A stretch of 61,392 nucleotides of DNA, filler included, from Eubacteriales bacterium (GTDB lineage Bacteria > Bacillota > Clostridia > Oscillospirales > CAG-382): the NCBI GenBank assembly GCA_045636665.1. It is 4 parts of 4 records of this genome, joined end to end, with 100 filler letters (N's around TTAATTAATTAA, not from the genome) between each part and the next. Parts side by side here need not be neighbours in the genome. Positions count along the whole stretch, not along the records: positions 1 to 19,123 come from JAZTXY010000119.1; 3 more parts are not named here. One strand, 5' to 3'. This document shows positions 1-10,033 of this stretch, piece by piece (positions within the stretch are counted from its first letter, which is position 1; every line of letters starts with the position of its first letter). The notes under the pieces are model-generated. The model saw nothing but the letters and a program-made list of their open reading frames with translations, did not search any database and was not told where the DNA came from. Both the position numbers and the translations under genes were made by a program.

Positions 1-40
1 CCTTGGCAAGGTGGCGCTCTACCAAATGAGCTAAATCCGC
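1..40 (-). tRNA. tRNA-Gly(GCC), 5' half; truncated by the window start
   Basis: Identical to the corresponding part of the Gly tRNA at 256-331; anticodon arm CCTTGCCAAGG on the minus strand. Confidence 0.9.
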
Positions 41-116
41 TGGAGCTGATGATGAGACTCGAACTCATGACCTCATCCTTACCAAGGATGTGCGCTACCA
101 CCTGTGCCACATCAGC
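41..116 (-). tRNA. tRNA-Thr(GGT)
   Basis: 76-nt cloverleaf, anticodon arm CCTTGGTAAGG, T-loop GTTCGA, encoded CCA; abuts the next tRNA with no spacer. Confidence 0.95.
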
Positions 117-154
117 ATACCAAAAAGGAATATATTATTAGATTGTAAACGTAT

Positions 155-228
155 TGGAGGCGCCACCCAGAATTGAACTGGGGATAAAGGTGTTGCAGAC
201 CTCTGCCTTACCGCTTGGCTATGGCGCC
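155..228 (-). tRNA. tRNA-Cys(GCA)
   Basis: 74 nt, GGCGCC acceptor stem, anticodon loop CTGCAAC, GTTCAA T-loop, encoded CCA. Confidence 0.95.
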
Positions 229-255
229 GTGAACCGCTTCACAGCGGTAAGTGGT

Positions 256-331
256 TGGAGCGGATTACGGGGTTCGAACCCGCTACCTCCACCTTGGCAA
301 GGTGGCGCTCTACCAAATGAGCTAAATCCGC
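256..331 (-). tRNA. tRNA-Gly(GCC)
   Basis: 76 nt, GCGGAT acceptor stem, anticodon TTGCCAA, GTTCGAA T-loop, encoded CCA. Confidence 0.95.
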
Positions 332-384
332 ATATCATGCGCTTGTGTAAGAACGGAAAGCTCTGTTTACAGAGGAGGAAGAAT

Positions 385-461
385 TGGCGATTCGGATGGG
401 ACTCGAACCCACGACCTCCGCCGTGACAGGGCGGCATTCTAACCAACTGAACTACCGAACC
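385..461 (-). tRNA. tRNA-Asp(GTC)
   Basis: 77 nt, anticodon arm CCTGTCACGG, GTTCGA T-loop, encoded CCA. Confidence 0.95.
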
Positions 462-489
462 GTATTGGCTTGCGTCAGCGCGCTTGATT

Positions 490-518
490 ATAATATCACA
501 ACTTTTTCCAAAATGCAA
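490..518 (-). promoter_or_regulatory. sigmaA-type promoter of the tRNA operon
   Basis: Minus strand TTGCAT-17 nt-TATTAT with an extended -10 TG and an AT-rich upstream tract. Confidence 0.7.
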
Positions 519-600
519 TACTTTTTTGAAAAAAAGTTTGAATTTTTTTATTTTTTTTGAAAACCGTTGAAATCGCTTGTTTTTTAAGGGTTAATTTATC

Positions 601-1056
601 TTAATTTCCCTGTTTTTCCTCAATAATGCGGTCAAGAATATCACAAGCGTCGCCAACAAATCTTGCACAAGGGCGCACCGCATAATATTCGGGCGTGCGA
701 ACGGCGGGGTCTTTGCCCTTTGCGTTTTCAATGCCTTTTAAAAGCTCCTCGCAATTAAAGGTTTCGTGAAGCTTTATGAACTCCTCGGCAATTCTGCGTA
801 CAAGCGCATAATGCTCCGACTTCTTTTCGTTATCGTTAACGTCGTAACCGCCGAAAAGGATTCCCGCAACCATCAAAGCACCCGTAAAAGCGCCGCACGC
901 CTGACGCAATTTACCCATACCGCCGCCAAAGGATGCGGAAAGATTTCTTGCCGTTGCGTAATCGATGCCCAAATCGTCTGCATAAGCGCAAATGACCGCC
1001 TGAGCGCAGTTATATCCCGAATTAAACAATTCAATTGCTTTTTCTCTGTGTGTCAT
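601..1056 (-). CDS. C-GCAxxG-C-C family putative redox protein
   Basis: Motifs FNSGYNCAQAV, FGGGMG..CGAFTG, NCEELL and PCARFV; start placed at MTHREK after a GGGAAG RBS. Confidence 0.85.
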   Translation of the reverse strand: MTHREKAIELFNSGYNCAQAVICAYADDLGIDYATARNLSASFGGGMGKLRQACGAFTGALMVAGILFGGYDVNDNEKKSEHYALVRRIAEEFIKLHETFNCEELLKGIENAKGKDPAVRTPEYYAVRPCARFVGDACDILDRIIEEKQGN

Positions 1057-1165
1057 AAAATTCACTTCCCTTTTCAGTAAAAGCATTTTATAACAAAGCA
1101 AATAAAAAGTCAATGAAAAAGCGAATAAATAATCTCTTTTCCGAAACAATAAACTTGGTGATATT

Positions 1166-1633
1166 ATGACTGTTATTGCATTGCGCGCATTGTTTTTTTA
1201 TATAATCCTTATGTCGTTGATGCGTTTTATGGGCAAACGCCAAATCGGTGAAATGCAGCTTTCGGAATTTGTAACGACAATACTTTTGTCCGAGCTTGCG
1301 GTGTACCCCGTAACCGATACGAGCACACCGTTGCTTCACGGATTAATGCCCCTGCTCCTCATTTCGTCAATCGAGGTGCTTATTGCCATACTATGCCAAA
1401 AAAGCAAAAGATTCCGCATCTTCCTCAACGGCAACCCGATAACCCTTTACGAGAAATCGGAATTTATCCGCAAAAACCTTATAAAAACACGGCTGACGCA
1501 AGAGGACGTCGAAGCGCAGGTACGCATAAACGGATACAACGATATGGAGGACGTATCGAAGGTCATCCTTGAACGCACGGGCAAGATGAGCATACTGCCG
1601 AAGGAATCGAACACCCCCAACCAATCGGGTTAA
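1166..1633 (+). CDS. DUF421/YetF-family membrane protein
   Basis: MRFMGKRQIGEMQLSEFVTTILLSELA and the C-terminal ILERTGKMSILPK are characteristic. Confidence 0.85.
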   Translation: MTVIALRALFFYIILMSLMRFMGKRQIGEMQLSEFVTTILLSELAVYPVTDTSTPLLHGLMPLLLISSIEVLIAILCQKSKRFRIFLNGNPITLYEKSEFIRKNLIKTRLTQEDVEAQVRINGYNDMEDVSKVILERTGKMSILPKESNTPNQSG

Positions 1634-1829
1634 AAAATTGTAACAATAAATACACCTTTTTGTCATTGACATAAAAACAAAAAAGGTATATTATATTCTT
1701 AATATATATGTGAAGACGGTGTGCAGGGTTAAACTTTTATATCCTTGATTTTTTAAACCCCTTCCCTGCATTGACCGCCGAGCTTTCTCTATCATAATAT
1801 GTCAAAAATTGCAAAAAGGAATCACCGTT

Positions 1830-2498
1830 ATGAAAAAAATAAAGCTTTCGCCCTCGGCACTCTCCTGCAACTTCGCAAACGCCGGAGTTCAAATTCAAGC
1901 ATCTCGTGACGGCGGTGCGGAATATCTGCATCTCGACGTTATGGACGGCATCTTCGTGCCCAACATCTCGTTCGGTCAACCCGTCGTCAAATCGCTCGCA
2001 AAATGCACCGATATGGTCATCGACGTGCATTTGATGATAACCGAGCCGATACGCTACATAGAGGATTTTGCAAAAGCAGGCTCCGACATTATCACCGTTC
2101 ACGTTGAAGCGTGCGAGGACGTAAAAGCCACCCTTAACAAAATCAAGGAATGCGGCAAAAAGGTCGGTCTTTCCATCAAGCCGAAAACACCCGTAAGCGC
2201 TATTTACGAATATCTTCCCCTCGTAGACCTCGTTCTCGTTATGACCGTTGAACCGGGCTTCGGCGGACAGAAGTTTATGGCGGATATGCTCCCCAAGTGC
2301 GAGGAATTGCGCGACTACGCCGAAAAGAGCGGGCTCGACTTCGAAATCTCGGTCGACGGCGGTGTTTCTGCCGAAAACGCTCTCACGTGCGTAAAATCGG
2401 GCGCAAACGTGCTTGTCGCAGGAAGCAGTGTTTTGGGTAAGGAAGATATTAAAAAAGCGGCAGAGGAGCTTCTCGCCGCCGCAAGAACGGGTGAATAA
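1830..2498 (+). CDS. rpe: Ribulose-phosphate 3-epimerase
   Basis: HLDVMDGIFVPNISFG, DVHLMI, MTVEPGFGGQKF, VDGG and VAGS motifs. Confidence 0.97.
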   Translation: MKKIKLSPSALSCNFANAGVQIQASRDGGAEYLHLDVMDGIFVPNISFGQPVVKSLAKCTDMVIDVHLMITEPIRYIEDFAKAGSDIITVHVEACEDVKATLNKIKECGKKVGLSIKPKTPVSAIYEYLPLVDLVLVMTVEPGFGGQKFMADMLPKCEELRDYAEKSGLDFEISVDGGVSAENALTCVKSGANVLVAGSSVLGKEDIKKAAEELLAAARTGE

Positions 2499-2500
2499 TT

Positions 2501-3622
2501 ATGGCACAGGCAAACCGCAGAAAAAAACGCAAAAATGCCAACAGCTATCTTTACATAGGAATTACACTTTTAATCGTCGTCGCCGCGCTTTTCGTTGCAA
2601 TTTTATGCATCGCATTCGGCAGCTGCGGTGAGGACGTATCAACCGATGAAAGCGTGGAATCGATAATCGAATCAAACGTCGAGGAAAGCTCGGAAATCAT
2701 TGTTGAAAGCTCTACCGTCGAGGAAAGCTCGGAAGCCGTTTCCGAAGTACCCACCCTTTCGCCGACCGAAGCATACGAAAAATATATCGGCGTTGAATAC
2801 GTTTGCGATATGGAGGAATACGAGCAATATATCTGCCCCGAAAACGAAGAGGATTTCGTTTATCTCGTAAACCCCTCCCACACCCTTCCTGCCGATTACG
2901 TGCCCGAAAACCTTGTTAAATGCACCAACATCCGCAAGGGCAGACCCGAATATTATTCCTATATCGACGCAACCGCAAACAAAGCGCTCGAAGCGTTTTT
3001 GTTCGAGGCAAAGCATTACGGCTTTGACGATATTACCGTAACCAACGCCTACCGCTCGTACAGCACCCAAGCGGACATCTTCAGCAGCTACGTCGCAAAC
3101 GATTTAAAAAGCGACTTTAAATGCGACACCTGCAATTATTACATCGACGTTTCTTACTACAAAAACAAGGTCGTAACGGTTGTCGGATGCTCTGCCTGCG
3201 GCGGTGAAATTACCGAGGTCGACGGCGAAAATTACTGCGTTTCTTGTATGTCGGTTGCCGAAAAGGCAGAAAAGAAATGCTGCGCCGATTGCGGCAGTGC
3301 TTTAAGAAAGCCCACCAAGGAAGAAACCACCGCGCACGTTCTTACCTATTCCACCCGCCCCGGCACGAGCGAGCATCAATCGGGACTTTGCTGTGATATG
3401 CATAACCTCCCCGAAACGACAAGCAAATTCGATAACACACCCGAAGCAAAATGGCTTGCCGAAAACGCGCACCGCTTCGGCTTTATCCTTCGCTATCCCC
3501 CCAACACCCAGCACATAACCGGCATCAAGCACGAATCCTGGCACTTCCGATACGTCGGACGCACCGCCGCAACCGAAATTTATGAACGCGGCATCACGCT
3601 TGATGAATATTGTGCAGAATAA
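2501..3622 (+). CDS. Membrane-anchored M15B (VanY/LdcB-like) carboxypeptidase with an inserted 4xCxxC zinc-ribbon module
   Basis: N-terminal basic stretch and TM, S/E-rich linker, LVN..H.LP.DY.P, AYRS, PGTSEHQSGL.D, GFILRYP and ESWHFRYVG. Confidence 0.88.
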   Translation: MAQANRRKKRKNANSYLYIGITLLIVVAALFVAILCIAFGSCGEDVSTDESVESIIESNVEESSEIIVESSTVEESSEAVSEVPTLSPTEAYEKYIGVEYVCDMEEYEQYICPENEEDFVYLVNPSHTLPADYVPENLVKCTNIRKGRPEYYSYIDATANKALEAFLFEAKHYGFDDITVTNAYRSYSTQADIFSSYVANDLKSDFKCDTCNYYIDVSYYKNKVVTVVGCSACGGEITEVDGENYCVSCMSVAEKAEKKCCADCGSALRKPTKEETTAHVLTYSTRPGTSEHQSGLCCDMHNLPETTSKFDNTPEAKWLAENAHRFGFILRYPPNTQHITGIKHESWHFRYVGRTAATEIYERGITLDEYCAE

Positions 3623-3664
3623 TTAAGCAACCCGATTCCAAAAAGCAATTACAACAAAAAAAAT

Positions 3665-3716
3665 CAGGGACGTTTTAGCGTTGTGTCCTCAAAGGCACAG
3701 CTCCAAATCGTCCCTG
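3665..3716. terminator. Long hairpin / probable bidirectional terminator between convergent genes
   Basis: CAGGGACG...CGTCCCTG stem flanked by A and T tracts. Confidence 0.6.
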
Positions 3717-3731
3717 TTTTATTATTTTTTG

Positions 3732-6410
3732 TTAAATTTCAAACAACTCAATCGCAATCGCTTTACACTGATCGTTTTCGGAGGTGAAGACAAATTCGTT
3801 ATTACCCTCGGAAAGACCGATTTCGCGGTAGTCGGCAAAAATTTCACCGTTTGTACCGCCTACGATAAAGCCGCCTGCGTTTTTGGTCGAAAGGTTAAGC
3901 ATTACGTTGGTTTGGGTAAGCTCATCGGTGGTCGAAACAAACTCGGCACGCAATATCACACGCTTCGAGCATCCCGAAACGTAAAGAGCTTTGCCGTTTT
4001 CAACCTCAACTCTTGCAAAGGGCTCCTTGCCCTCGGTTTCGCTCTTAAGATCGCGGTTGCCGTAACCGTTTCTTTGCGCTTCATAGGAAAGACTGTCAAG
4101 AGCATACTTAACAAGGTTAACGCAGCATCTTTGAAGGTCAGCGCGTTTTAACGTTCCGTTTTCAAGCGAAGCGGGAAGGTCGTCTTCCCTGCCGACAGCA
4201 TCGGGCGAAACCATATAAACGTCGTTTTGCGCGTGTACCATACCGCTTAACGCAGTTTTCGATTCCTCGCCGTTGGGACCGCTTACGTTTGCCCACCAGT
4301 CGGTCATAACAAAGCCGTCAAAGCCGAAATCGTTACGGAGCAAGCGAGTTGTAAGGTCGTAATTCGAAGCCGCCCAGCGGCCGTTTACGAGGTTGTAGGA
4401 GGTCATAACCGAACGCACGTTGCTTTCGTTAACGCAAATTTCAAACGGCTTTGCGTAAATTTCACGGATAGCGCGTTCACTGAGAATCGAATCACTTGCG
4501 TGGCGGTTGTTTTCTTGGCTGTTTGCCATAAAGTGCTTAACCGCACCGCTTACGCCTGCATTGTCAAGACCGACACAAACCGCCGCCGCCATCTTACCCG
4601 AAAGAAGCGGATCCTCGGAATAATATTCAAAGTTTCTGCCGCAAAGCGGATCGCGGTGAATGTTAGTGCCCGGACCGAGAAGTATATCGACACCGATGCT
4701 TGCAAGCTCGTTACCGCATTGCTCGTACATTTCGGTAACAAGCAAGGTGTTAAAGGTTGCCGCAAGACAGGTCGCCGCAGGATATGCAACGAATTTTCCG
4801 CCGCCCGTGATACGGATACCCGAGGGTCCGTCGGTACAGCAAAGCGCAGGAAGACCTAACGCCTTAAGCGAGGGAGTGATTCCGACAAACGCCGCCGCAG
4901 TACCGGGAGTAACCTTGGGCGACGCCATACCCTCTGCGCGAACGCAATGGATAAGATCGGCATCCGAAAAACGCGCAACCAAATCCTCGGCGGTAATCTT
5001 ACCGTTAAATACGTCGTCAAGCGTCATACCGTCCTTTGCGACCTGCTTAATCTCATCGGGGATGGGCTCGTCAATAGGCATTTTAAGGGGTGTGGGCTCA
5101 TAGGTCATAATGCCGCACTTGTTTACCATTCTGTCAAAGGGCGTAAGCGGCGCAAGAGCGCTTGTAACCGATTTTGTAACAATATCCTCGTTAACGGTAA
5201 AGCTTATTGCCTCAACGCAATCAATACTGTTACTGCCAAGCTCGACGATATATTCGCCCTTTTCAAGGATATAGCAATATTTATTACCGCTAACGCCCGA
5301 ATCCTCATAGGAGGAAATCGAATAATCCGAAAATTCAAGGCTGACCGTACAGCTTTCGCCCGCCTTAAGAATCGGTGTTTTTTGGAAAGCGGCAAGCACC
5401 TTCTTCGGCTTACCCAAATTACCGTTGGGCGCAACGATATAGCATTGAAGCACCTCGCTGCCGTCAACCGTACCGACGTTGCTTACCACGGCGCGGATAA
5501 CGGTTTTTCCCTCATTGCGGTGAATATCGATAAAGAAATGCTCAAATTCGGTATAGGAAAGACCGTAACCGAAGGGATAAATAATATCCTGAGGAGCAAA
5601 GGTGTTGAAATAGCGGTAGCCGACAAAAATATCCTCGCGGTATTCGTTTGCGTTAACGTCGCCCCAGCAGGTAGCCGAGGGATAAACATCACGCGATACA
5701 GCCATCGTATCGGGCAAACGGCCCGAAGGGTTCACCTTACCCGTAATAACGTTAGCCGCCGCAACAGCGCCCATCATACCGCCCGTCCAAAGCATAAGCA
5801 ACGCATCGGGAGCGACTTCGTTTATCTCCCTAACGTCGATAACTCCAACCGCGTTCAAAAGCACGGTAAGACGTTTAAAATGCTTTCTTAAAAGCTTTAA
5901 ATTGTCAAGCTCGGTTTCGGTAAGATAATAACCGCCGCGCTCTGCCGACAGATCAAGACATTCGCCTGCTTCACGGGTGAAAACGATAAAAGCGTGTTCG
6001 TTTCTGCTTGATGCGGAAATAACGAAAGCCTCATCGAGCAATGGCTCGACCTGACTCATCGGATGAGTCCATCCGTTTGACTTGTCATAAGGGTTTTCGG
6101 CAACGAATTTATCGTAAAATTCCTCGACCTCTTTATCCAAGCGCACACCGTTTTCCGCCAAGGAATCGAACAAATTATGCGATTCTTTTGCGTAAACACG
6201 GCCGCCCGAGCCGGTGCCGAGAATTAAATAATGCTTTTGCATTCTTCCAAAGAAAGCAACCGTTTCGTTTTCCTTCAACGGAAGCGTTTTGTTTTTGTTT
6301 TCCAAAAGGACAATGCCCTCTTCGGCGCCGCGAAGCGCATATTCACGTGCTTTTTCAACGTCGAATCGCTTCTTGCCCGATAAATATTCAAAAGCTATCT
6401 TAGTATTCAT
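3732..6410 (-). CDS. GH3 beta-glucosidase-like enzyme, permuted order (C-terminal domain, FN3-like, then TIM barrel)
   Basis: AEEGIVLLEN at the N-terminus, NPSGRLPDT, YREDIFVGYRYF and YPFGYGLSYT, followed by TDGPSGIR, CGRNFEYYSEDP, KHF and nucleophile motif MTDWW. Confidence 0.93.
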   Translation of the reverse strand: MNTKIAFEYLSGKKRFDVEKAREYALRGAEEGIVLLENKNKTLPLKENETVAFFGRMQKHYLILGTGSGGRVYAKESHNLFDSLAENGVRLDKEVEEFYDKFVAENPYDKSNGWTHPMSQVEPLLDEAFVISASSRNEHAFIVFTREAGECLDLSAERGGYYLTETELDNLKLLRKHFKRLTVLLNAVGVIDVREINEVAPDALLMLWTGGMMGAVAAANVITGKVNPSGRLPDTMAVSRDVYPSATCWGDVNANEYREDIFVGYRYFNTFAPQDIIYPFGYGLSYTEFEHFFIDIHRNEGKTVIRAVVSNVGTVDGSEVLQCYIVAPNGNLGKPKKVLAAFQKTPILKAGESCTVSLEFSDYSISSYEDSGVSGNKYCYILEKGEYIVELGSNSIDCVEAISFTVNEDIVTKSVTSALAPLTPFDRMVNKCGIMTYEPTPLKMPIDEPIPDEIKQVAKDGMTLDDVFNGKITAEDLVARFSDADLIHCVRAEGMASPKVTPGTAAAFVGITPSLKALGLPALCCTDGPSGIRITGGGKFVAYPAATCLAATFNTLLVTEMYEQCGNELASIGVDILLGPGTNIHRDPLCGRNFEYYSEDPLLSGKMAAAVCVGLDNAGVSGAVKHFMANSQENNRHASDSILSERAIREIYAKPFEICVNESNVRSVMTSYNLVNGRWAASNYDLTTRLLRNDFGFDGFVMTDWWANVSGPNGEESKTALSGMVHAQNDVYMVSPDAVGREDDLPASLENGTLKRADLQRCCVNLVKYALDSLSYEAQRNGYGNRDLKSETEGKEPFARVEVENGKALYVSGCSKRVILRAEFVSTTDELTQTNVMLNLSTKNAGGFIVGGTNGEIFADYREIGLSEGNNEFVFTSENDQCKAIAIELFEI

Positions 6411-6555
6411 AAGCAAAATACCTCATTCCTAAAATATGCTTGTATTTTAGCACATTAAAGCCGTTTCGTCAATGGATTGTACCAATAAACTATTGACTAA
6501 TACCCTTTTGTGTGCTAAAATTTTCAAGTAATAATAATTATTGGAGGAATACCTT

Positions 6556-7428
6556 ATGAAACGCATAATCGCACTTTTCGTATCTCTTATTATCGTTTGC
6601 GCGTGCTGTGTTATCAATGCAAGCGCGGCAGACTCATACGACCTTGTCCCCAAGGAAGGAAGCGAATGGAGAAAGCAAGACCACGGCGGCGCATCGGTTA
6701 CCGTTGATTATCAAGAAGATGGCGTTGTTTTCTCGGGCAGTGTAACCAACACTTGGCCTGCTGTTGATTACTATTACGAAACCGAAGACCGTATCACCGT
6801 AAACGTTGACCAATATTCGATAGTTTACGATTTTTCCATCCAAGGCGGCGCTGTAAACATTAACTTTTACTTCACCGACGGCTTCGGCGGCAGCGGCGGC
6901 TACACCATCGCCAACAACACTCTCGGCGACGTTGCTTACGACGGCGGCAGCGGCGACCTTTATGACGGCGACCTTAAGGGCGTTATCCGTCTTTCGGATT
7001 TTGTAAACTCCACAAAATTCCTTGACAGCTCCACCTTCCCTGCAAATATGATTACCGCAGACGGTGAAATCATCTTCACCGGTATCCAAGTCTATTCGGT
7101 AAACGGCGGTAGCTTAACCATTCGCAAGCTCGCTATCGTTCCCAATGAAGAAGCAGGCGACCCCACAGGCGGCGAAAACGCAGATGAATCGAGCGAAGAA
7201 CCCGTTGAATCGAGCGAAGAAGCAGTTGAATCGAGCGCAGTTATCGAAGAATCGGATGCTTCCGTAACCGAATCTACTCAAGAATCCACCGTTGAAAGCG
7301 CAGAAGAAAGCACCGACGCTACCACTTCTGAAGAAGAAGGCTTGGGCGTATGGCTTTACGTTATCATCGGCGCGGCGGTTGTGGTTGTTGTAATCGTTAT
7401 CGTTGTTATCGCAAAGAAGAAGAAATAA
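6556..7428 (+). CDS. Secreted beta-sandwich-like protein with S/E/T linker and C-terminal TM + KKKK anchor
   Basis: GGAGG RBS, signal peptide ending ASA-A, ESSEE repeats, terminus VWLYVIIGAAVVVVVIVIVVIAKKKK. Confidence 0.8.
   Translation: MKRIIALFVSLIIVCACCVINASAADSYDLVPKEGSEWRKQDHGGASVTVDYQEDGVVFSGSVTNTWPAVDYYYETEDRITVNVDQYSIVYDFSIQGGAVNINFYFTDGFGGSGGYTIANNTLGDVAYDGGSGDLYDGDLKGVIRLSDFVNSTKFLDSSTFPANMITADGEIIFTGIQVYSVNGGSLTIRKLAIVPNEEAGDPTGGENADESSEEPVESSEEAVESSAVIEESDASVTESTQESTVESAEESTDATTSEEEGLGVWLYVIIGAAVVVVVIVIVVIAKKKK
7186..7238 (+). repeat. 21-bp coding tandem repeat (about 2.5 copies) encoding ESSEExV
   Basis: GAATCGAGCGAAGAAcccGTT / GAATCGAGCGAAGAAgcaGTT / GAATCGAGCGC. Confidence 0.8.
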
Positions 7429-7443
7429 ACCCGAACGAAAAAC

Positions 7444-7472
7444 AAAAAAGGACTCGCTTGAGTCCTTTTTTT
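7444..7472. terminator. Bidirectional intrinsic terminator
   Basis: AAAAAAGGACTC-GCTT-GAGTCCTTTTTT between convergent genes. Confidence 0.85.
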
Positions 7473-9621
7473 ATTTCAATTTAACTCTTTTCAAAAGCAG
7501 CGAATTTGTAACGACCGAAACCGAGGAAAACGCCATCGCCGCGCCTGCGATAATGGGATTCAACATCCCGAATGCGGCAAGCGGAATGCCGATGGAGTTA
7601 TAAAAGAACGCCCAAAAGAGATTTTGCTTTATCTTTTTCATCGTCGCGCGTGAAAGCGAAATCGCAAAATCAACCGCCGAAACGTTGTTTCCGACAAGCA
7701 CTATATCGCCCGATTCCATCGCAATATCGGTGCCGCCTCCAACCGCAAAGCCGACGTCGGAAACGGCAAGCGCGGGCGCATCGTTAATACCGTCGCCGAC
7801 CATTGCAACAACGCCGAATTTTTCCTTGAGCCGTTCAATTTCTCTTACCTTGCCGTCGGGCAATGCGTTTGCAACGTATTCGTCAACGCCGACCGCCTTT
7901 GCAACCGACCTTGCCGCCGCTTCGTTATCGCCCGTAACAAGCACGGTGTGTATTCCCGATGCCTTCAACCGTCCAACCGCGTCCGCCGCATTGACTCTTA
8001 CTGCATCCGAAATCGCAAAAGCGACCAAGGCTTTGCCGTCGATTGCGCAAACGACAAGGGTATTGCCCCCCATTGCAAGGTCAAGAATTTCGTCACCGAG
8101 CTTTAAATCACATTCGCCTTCAATCCATTCGGGCTTGCCGACAAGCACCTTCTTTTTGTCAATAACCGCCGAAATGCCCTTGCCCGTTACCGATTCAAAT
8201 TCCGCGCATTCAAGCAATTCGCCCTTATATTCCGAAGCAATAGCAATGCCGATCGGATGCTCGGAAAGTGCTTCGGCGCTCGCCGCATAAGCAATCGAAT
8301 TTTCGTTACCGCCGTCAAGAATAATCGTTTTCGTAACGCTCGGCTTACCCTCGGTAAGCGTACCCGTTTTGTCAAGCACTATCGCCTTAACCGAGCAAGC
8401 CTGCTCCAACGCATCGGCATTTTTAATCAAAACACCGTTTGAAGCGCCCAAGCCGATACCGACCATCAAAGCCGTCGGAGTCGCCAACCCCAACGAGCAG
8501 GGACAAGCGATGACCAACACCGCAACCGCCGAATCGAGCGCATACAAAGCATCGTCGGCAGTAAAAAACGTCACCAAAAAGGTAATAAGCGCAATTGCCG
8601 TAACGGCAGGCACGAAAACAGCGGCAACCTTATCGGCTATTGACTGAATATGCGCCTTTGAGGATTGCGCGTCCTCGACAAGACGGATAATGCCCGAAAG
8701 CACCGTATCGTTCCCAACACATTCCGCGCGGAAATAAAACGAGCCCTTGCCGTTTACCGTACCGCCGACCACCTTATCGCCCTCGCGCTTTGCAACGGGC
8801 ATACTTTCACCCGTGAGCGCGGATTCGTCAATATGACTTTCGCCCTTAATTACAATACCGTCGGCAGGAAGCGATTCACCGGGACGGACAAGAACGATTT
8901 CACCGACAGCGATTTGCGAGGTAGGAACGACCGTTTCAACGCCGTCACGCACAACGGTTGCCGTTTTCGGCGCAAGGTCGATAAGCTTTTCTATCGCCTC
9001 GTTCGTTTTTGCGCGCGCACGCGATTCAAGCGTCTTTCCCAAAAGCACAAGCGTGATTATCATCGCCGAGCTTTCAAAATAAAAGGTGCCGTGCACCCCG
9101 TTTGCAATCAAGCTGTAAACGCTGTATGCATAAGAAGCCGTCGTGCCCAAAGCGACCAAAAGGTCCATACTCGGGCTTTTGTTCATCAAGCTCTTAAAAG
9201 CGCCGCGGTAAAAGCGCCAACCTGCCACAAACTGTATGGGCGTTGCAAAAACCAACTGCAAAATCCCGTTGTGAAGGGTTTTGACGATACCGCTTTCCGG
9301 GATGATAAACATAAGCGCCATCATTGTAAAAAAGGGCAACGAGAATATAAGCGAAAACACAAAAAGCCGTAAATTGCTCTTAAATTCACGCTTCTTCGCC
9401 TCGCGTACGTCCTCCAAAACCTCATAGCCTGCTTTTTTTATCGCCTTTTCAAGCACTTTAAGGTTAACTGCTTCATCGTCGAAAACAACCTCTGCCCTGC
9501 CGTTGGCATAAGAAACGGCGCAGGACGTTACACCCTCAACAGCGTTAAGCGCATGCTCGACCGCGGCGGAGCATCTTACGCAAGACATTCCGCCGACCTT
9601 TAAAGTTTTTTGAACAATCAT
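7471..9621 (-). CDS. copA: Copper-translocating P1B-type ATPase
   Basis: N-terminal GMSCVRC HMA domain, [24 protein letters not shown] and YN...AMAFSS. Confidence 0.93.
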   Translation of the reverse strand: MIVQKTLKVGGMSCVRCSAAVEHALNAVEGVTSCAVSYANGRAEVVFDDEAVNLKVLEKAIKKAGYEVLEDVREAKKREFKSNLRLFVFSLIFSLPFFTMMALMFIIPESGIVKTLHNGILQLVFATPIQFVAGWRFYRGAFKSLMNKSPSMDLLVALGTTASYAYSVYSLIANGVHGTFYFESSAMIITLVLLGKTLESRARAKTNEAIEKLIDLAPKTATVVRDGVETVVPTSQIAVGEIVLVRPGESLPADGIVIKGESHIDESALTGESMPVAKREGDKVVGGTVNGKGSFYFRAECVGNDTVLSGIIRLVEDAQSSKAHIQSIADKVAAVFVPAVTAIALITFLVTFFTADDALYALDSAVAVLVIACPCSLGLATPTALMVGIGLGASNGVLIKNADALEQACSVKAIVLDKTGTLTEGKPSVTKTIILDGGNENSIAYAASAEALSEHPIGIAIASEYKGELLECAEFESVTGKGISAVIDKKKVLVGKPEWIEGECDLKLGDEILDLAMGGNTLVVCAIDGKALVAFAISDAVRVNAADAVGRLKASGIHTVLVTGDNEAAARSVAKAVGVDEYVANALPDGKVREIERLKEKFGVVAMVGDGINDAPALAVSDVGFAVGGGTDIAMESGDIVLVGNNVSAVDFAISLSRATMKKIKQNLFWAFFYNSIGIPLAAFGMLNPIIAGAAMAFSSVSVVTNSLLLKRVKLK

Positions 9622-9842
9622 TTTACTTTTGCATCAAAGCCGATGCCTTTTACCGCATCCGCAACCGCTTCGGGAGTGGTCTTTCCCTCTGCATAAACGA
9701 TTTCCGCACTTGCAGTATCAAGCGAAACTGTTACCGATTTAACGCCCTTTACCGCCTTGATAGCGTTTTCAACCCTTGCCTTGCAGTGGTTGCAATGCAT
9801 TCCTTCGACCGAAAGATTAGCGGTCAATTTCTTCTCAAACAT
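9618..9842 (-). CDS. copZ: Heavy-metal-associated (CopZ-like) chaperone
   Basis: 74 aa with GMHCNHC; stop codon overlaps the copA start. Confidence 0.88.
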   Translation of the reverse strand: MFEKKLTANLSVEGMHCNHCKARVENAIKAVKGVKSVTVSLDTASAEIVYAEGKTTPEAVADAVKGIGFDAKVK

Positions 9843-10023
9843 TTTTGTTATCTCCTTTTTTATGACAATACTCGCTCATGGCACAGCCGCCGCAGCCGCA
9901 GCCGCAACCGCCGACACCCTTTTTGCGGTCCTTTATCATTTTAAAAATTACCAAACCCACAATCGCCAAAAGCACTGCGGAAACCGCAACAGTGGCTATA
10001 TTTTCACTTAACCAGCCAAGCAT
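9835..10023 (-). CDS. FeoB-associated Cys-rich membrane protein
   Basis: One TM followed by GGCGCGCGGCAMSEYCH, directly after feoB. Confidence 0.88.
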   Translation of the reverse strand: MLGWLSENIATVAVSAVLLAIVGLVIFKMIKDRKKGVGGCGCGCGGCAMSEYCHKKGDNKNV

Positions 10024-10033
10024 TTAAAATCAC

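Noticed and set aside
154..518. ORFs 154-426 and 219-518
   Set aside because: They overlap tRNA genes and are spurious translations
1121..1155. Possible forespore sigmaG/F promoter before the DUF421 gene
   Set aside because: Match too degenerate in AT-rich DNA to support
2501..3622. Vancomycin resistance (vanY)
   Set aside because: No vanHAX/vanRS context; M15B peptidases are common housekeeping wall enzymes
3732..6410. Reversed domain order in the GH3 enzyme
   Set aside because: Already known in GH3 enzymes of rumen and gut Firmicutes
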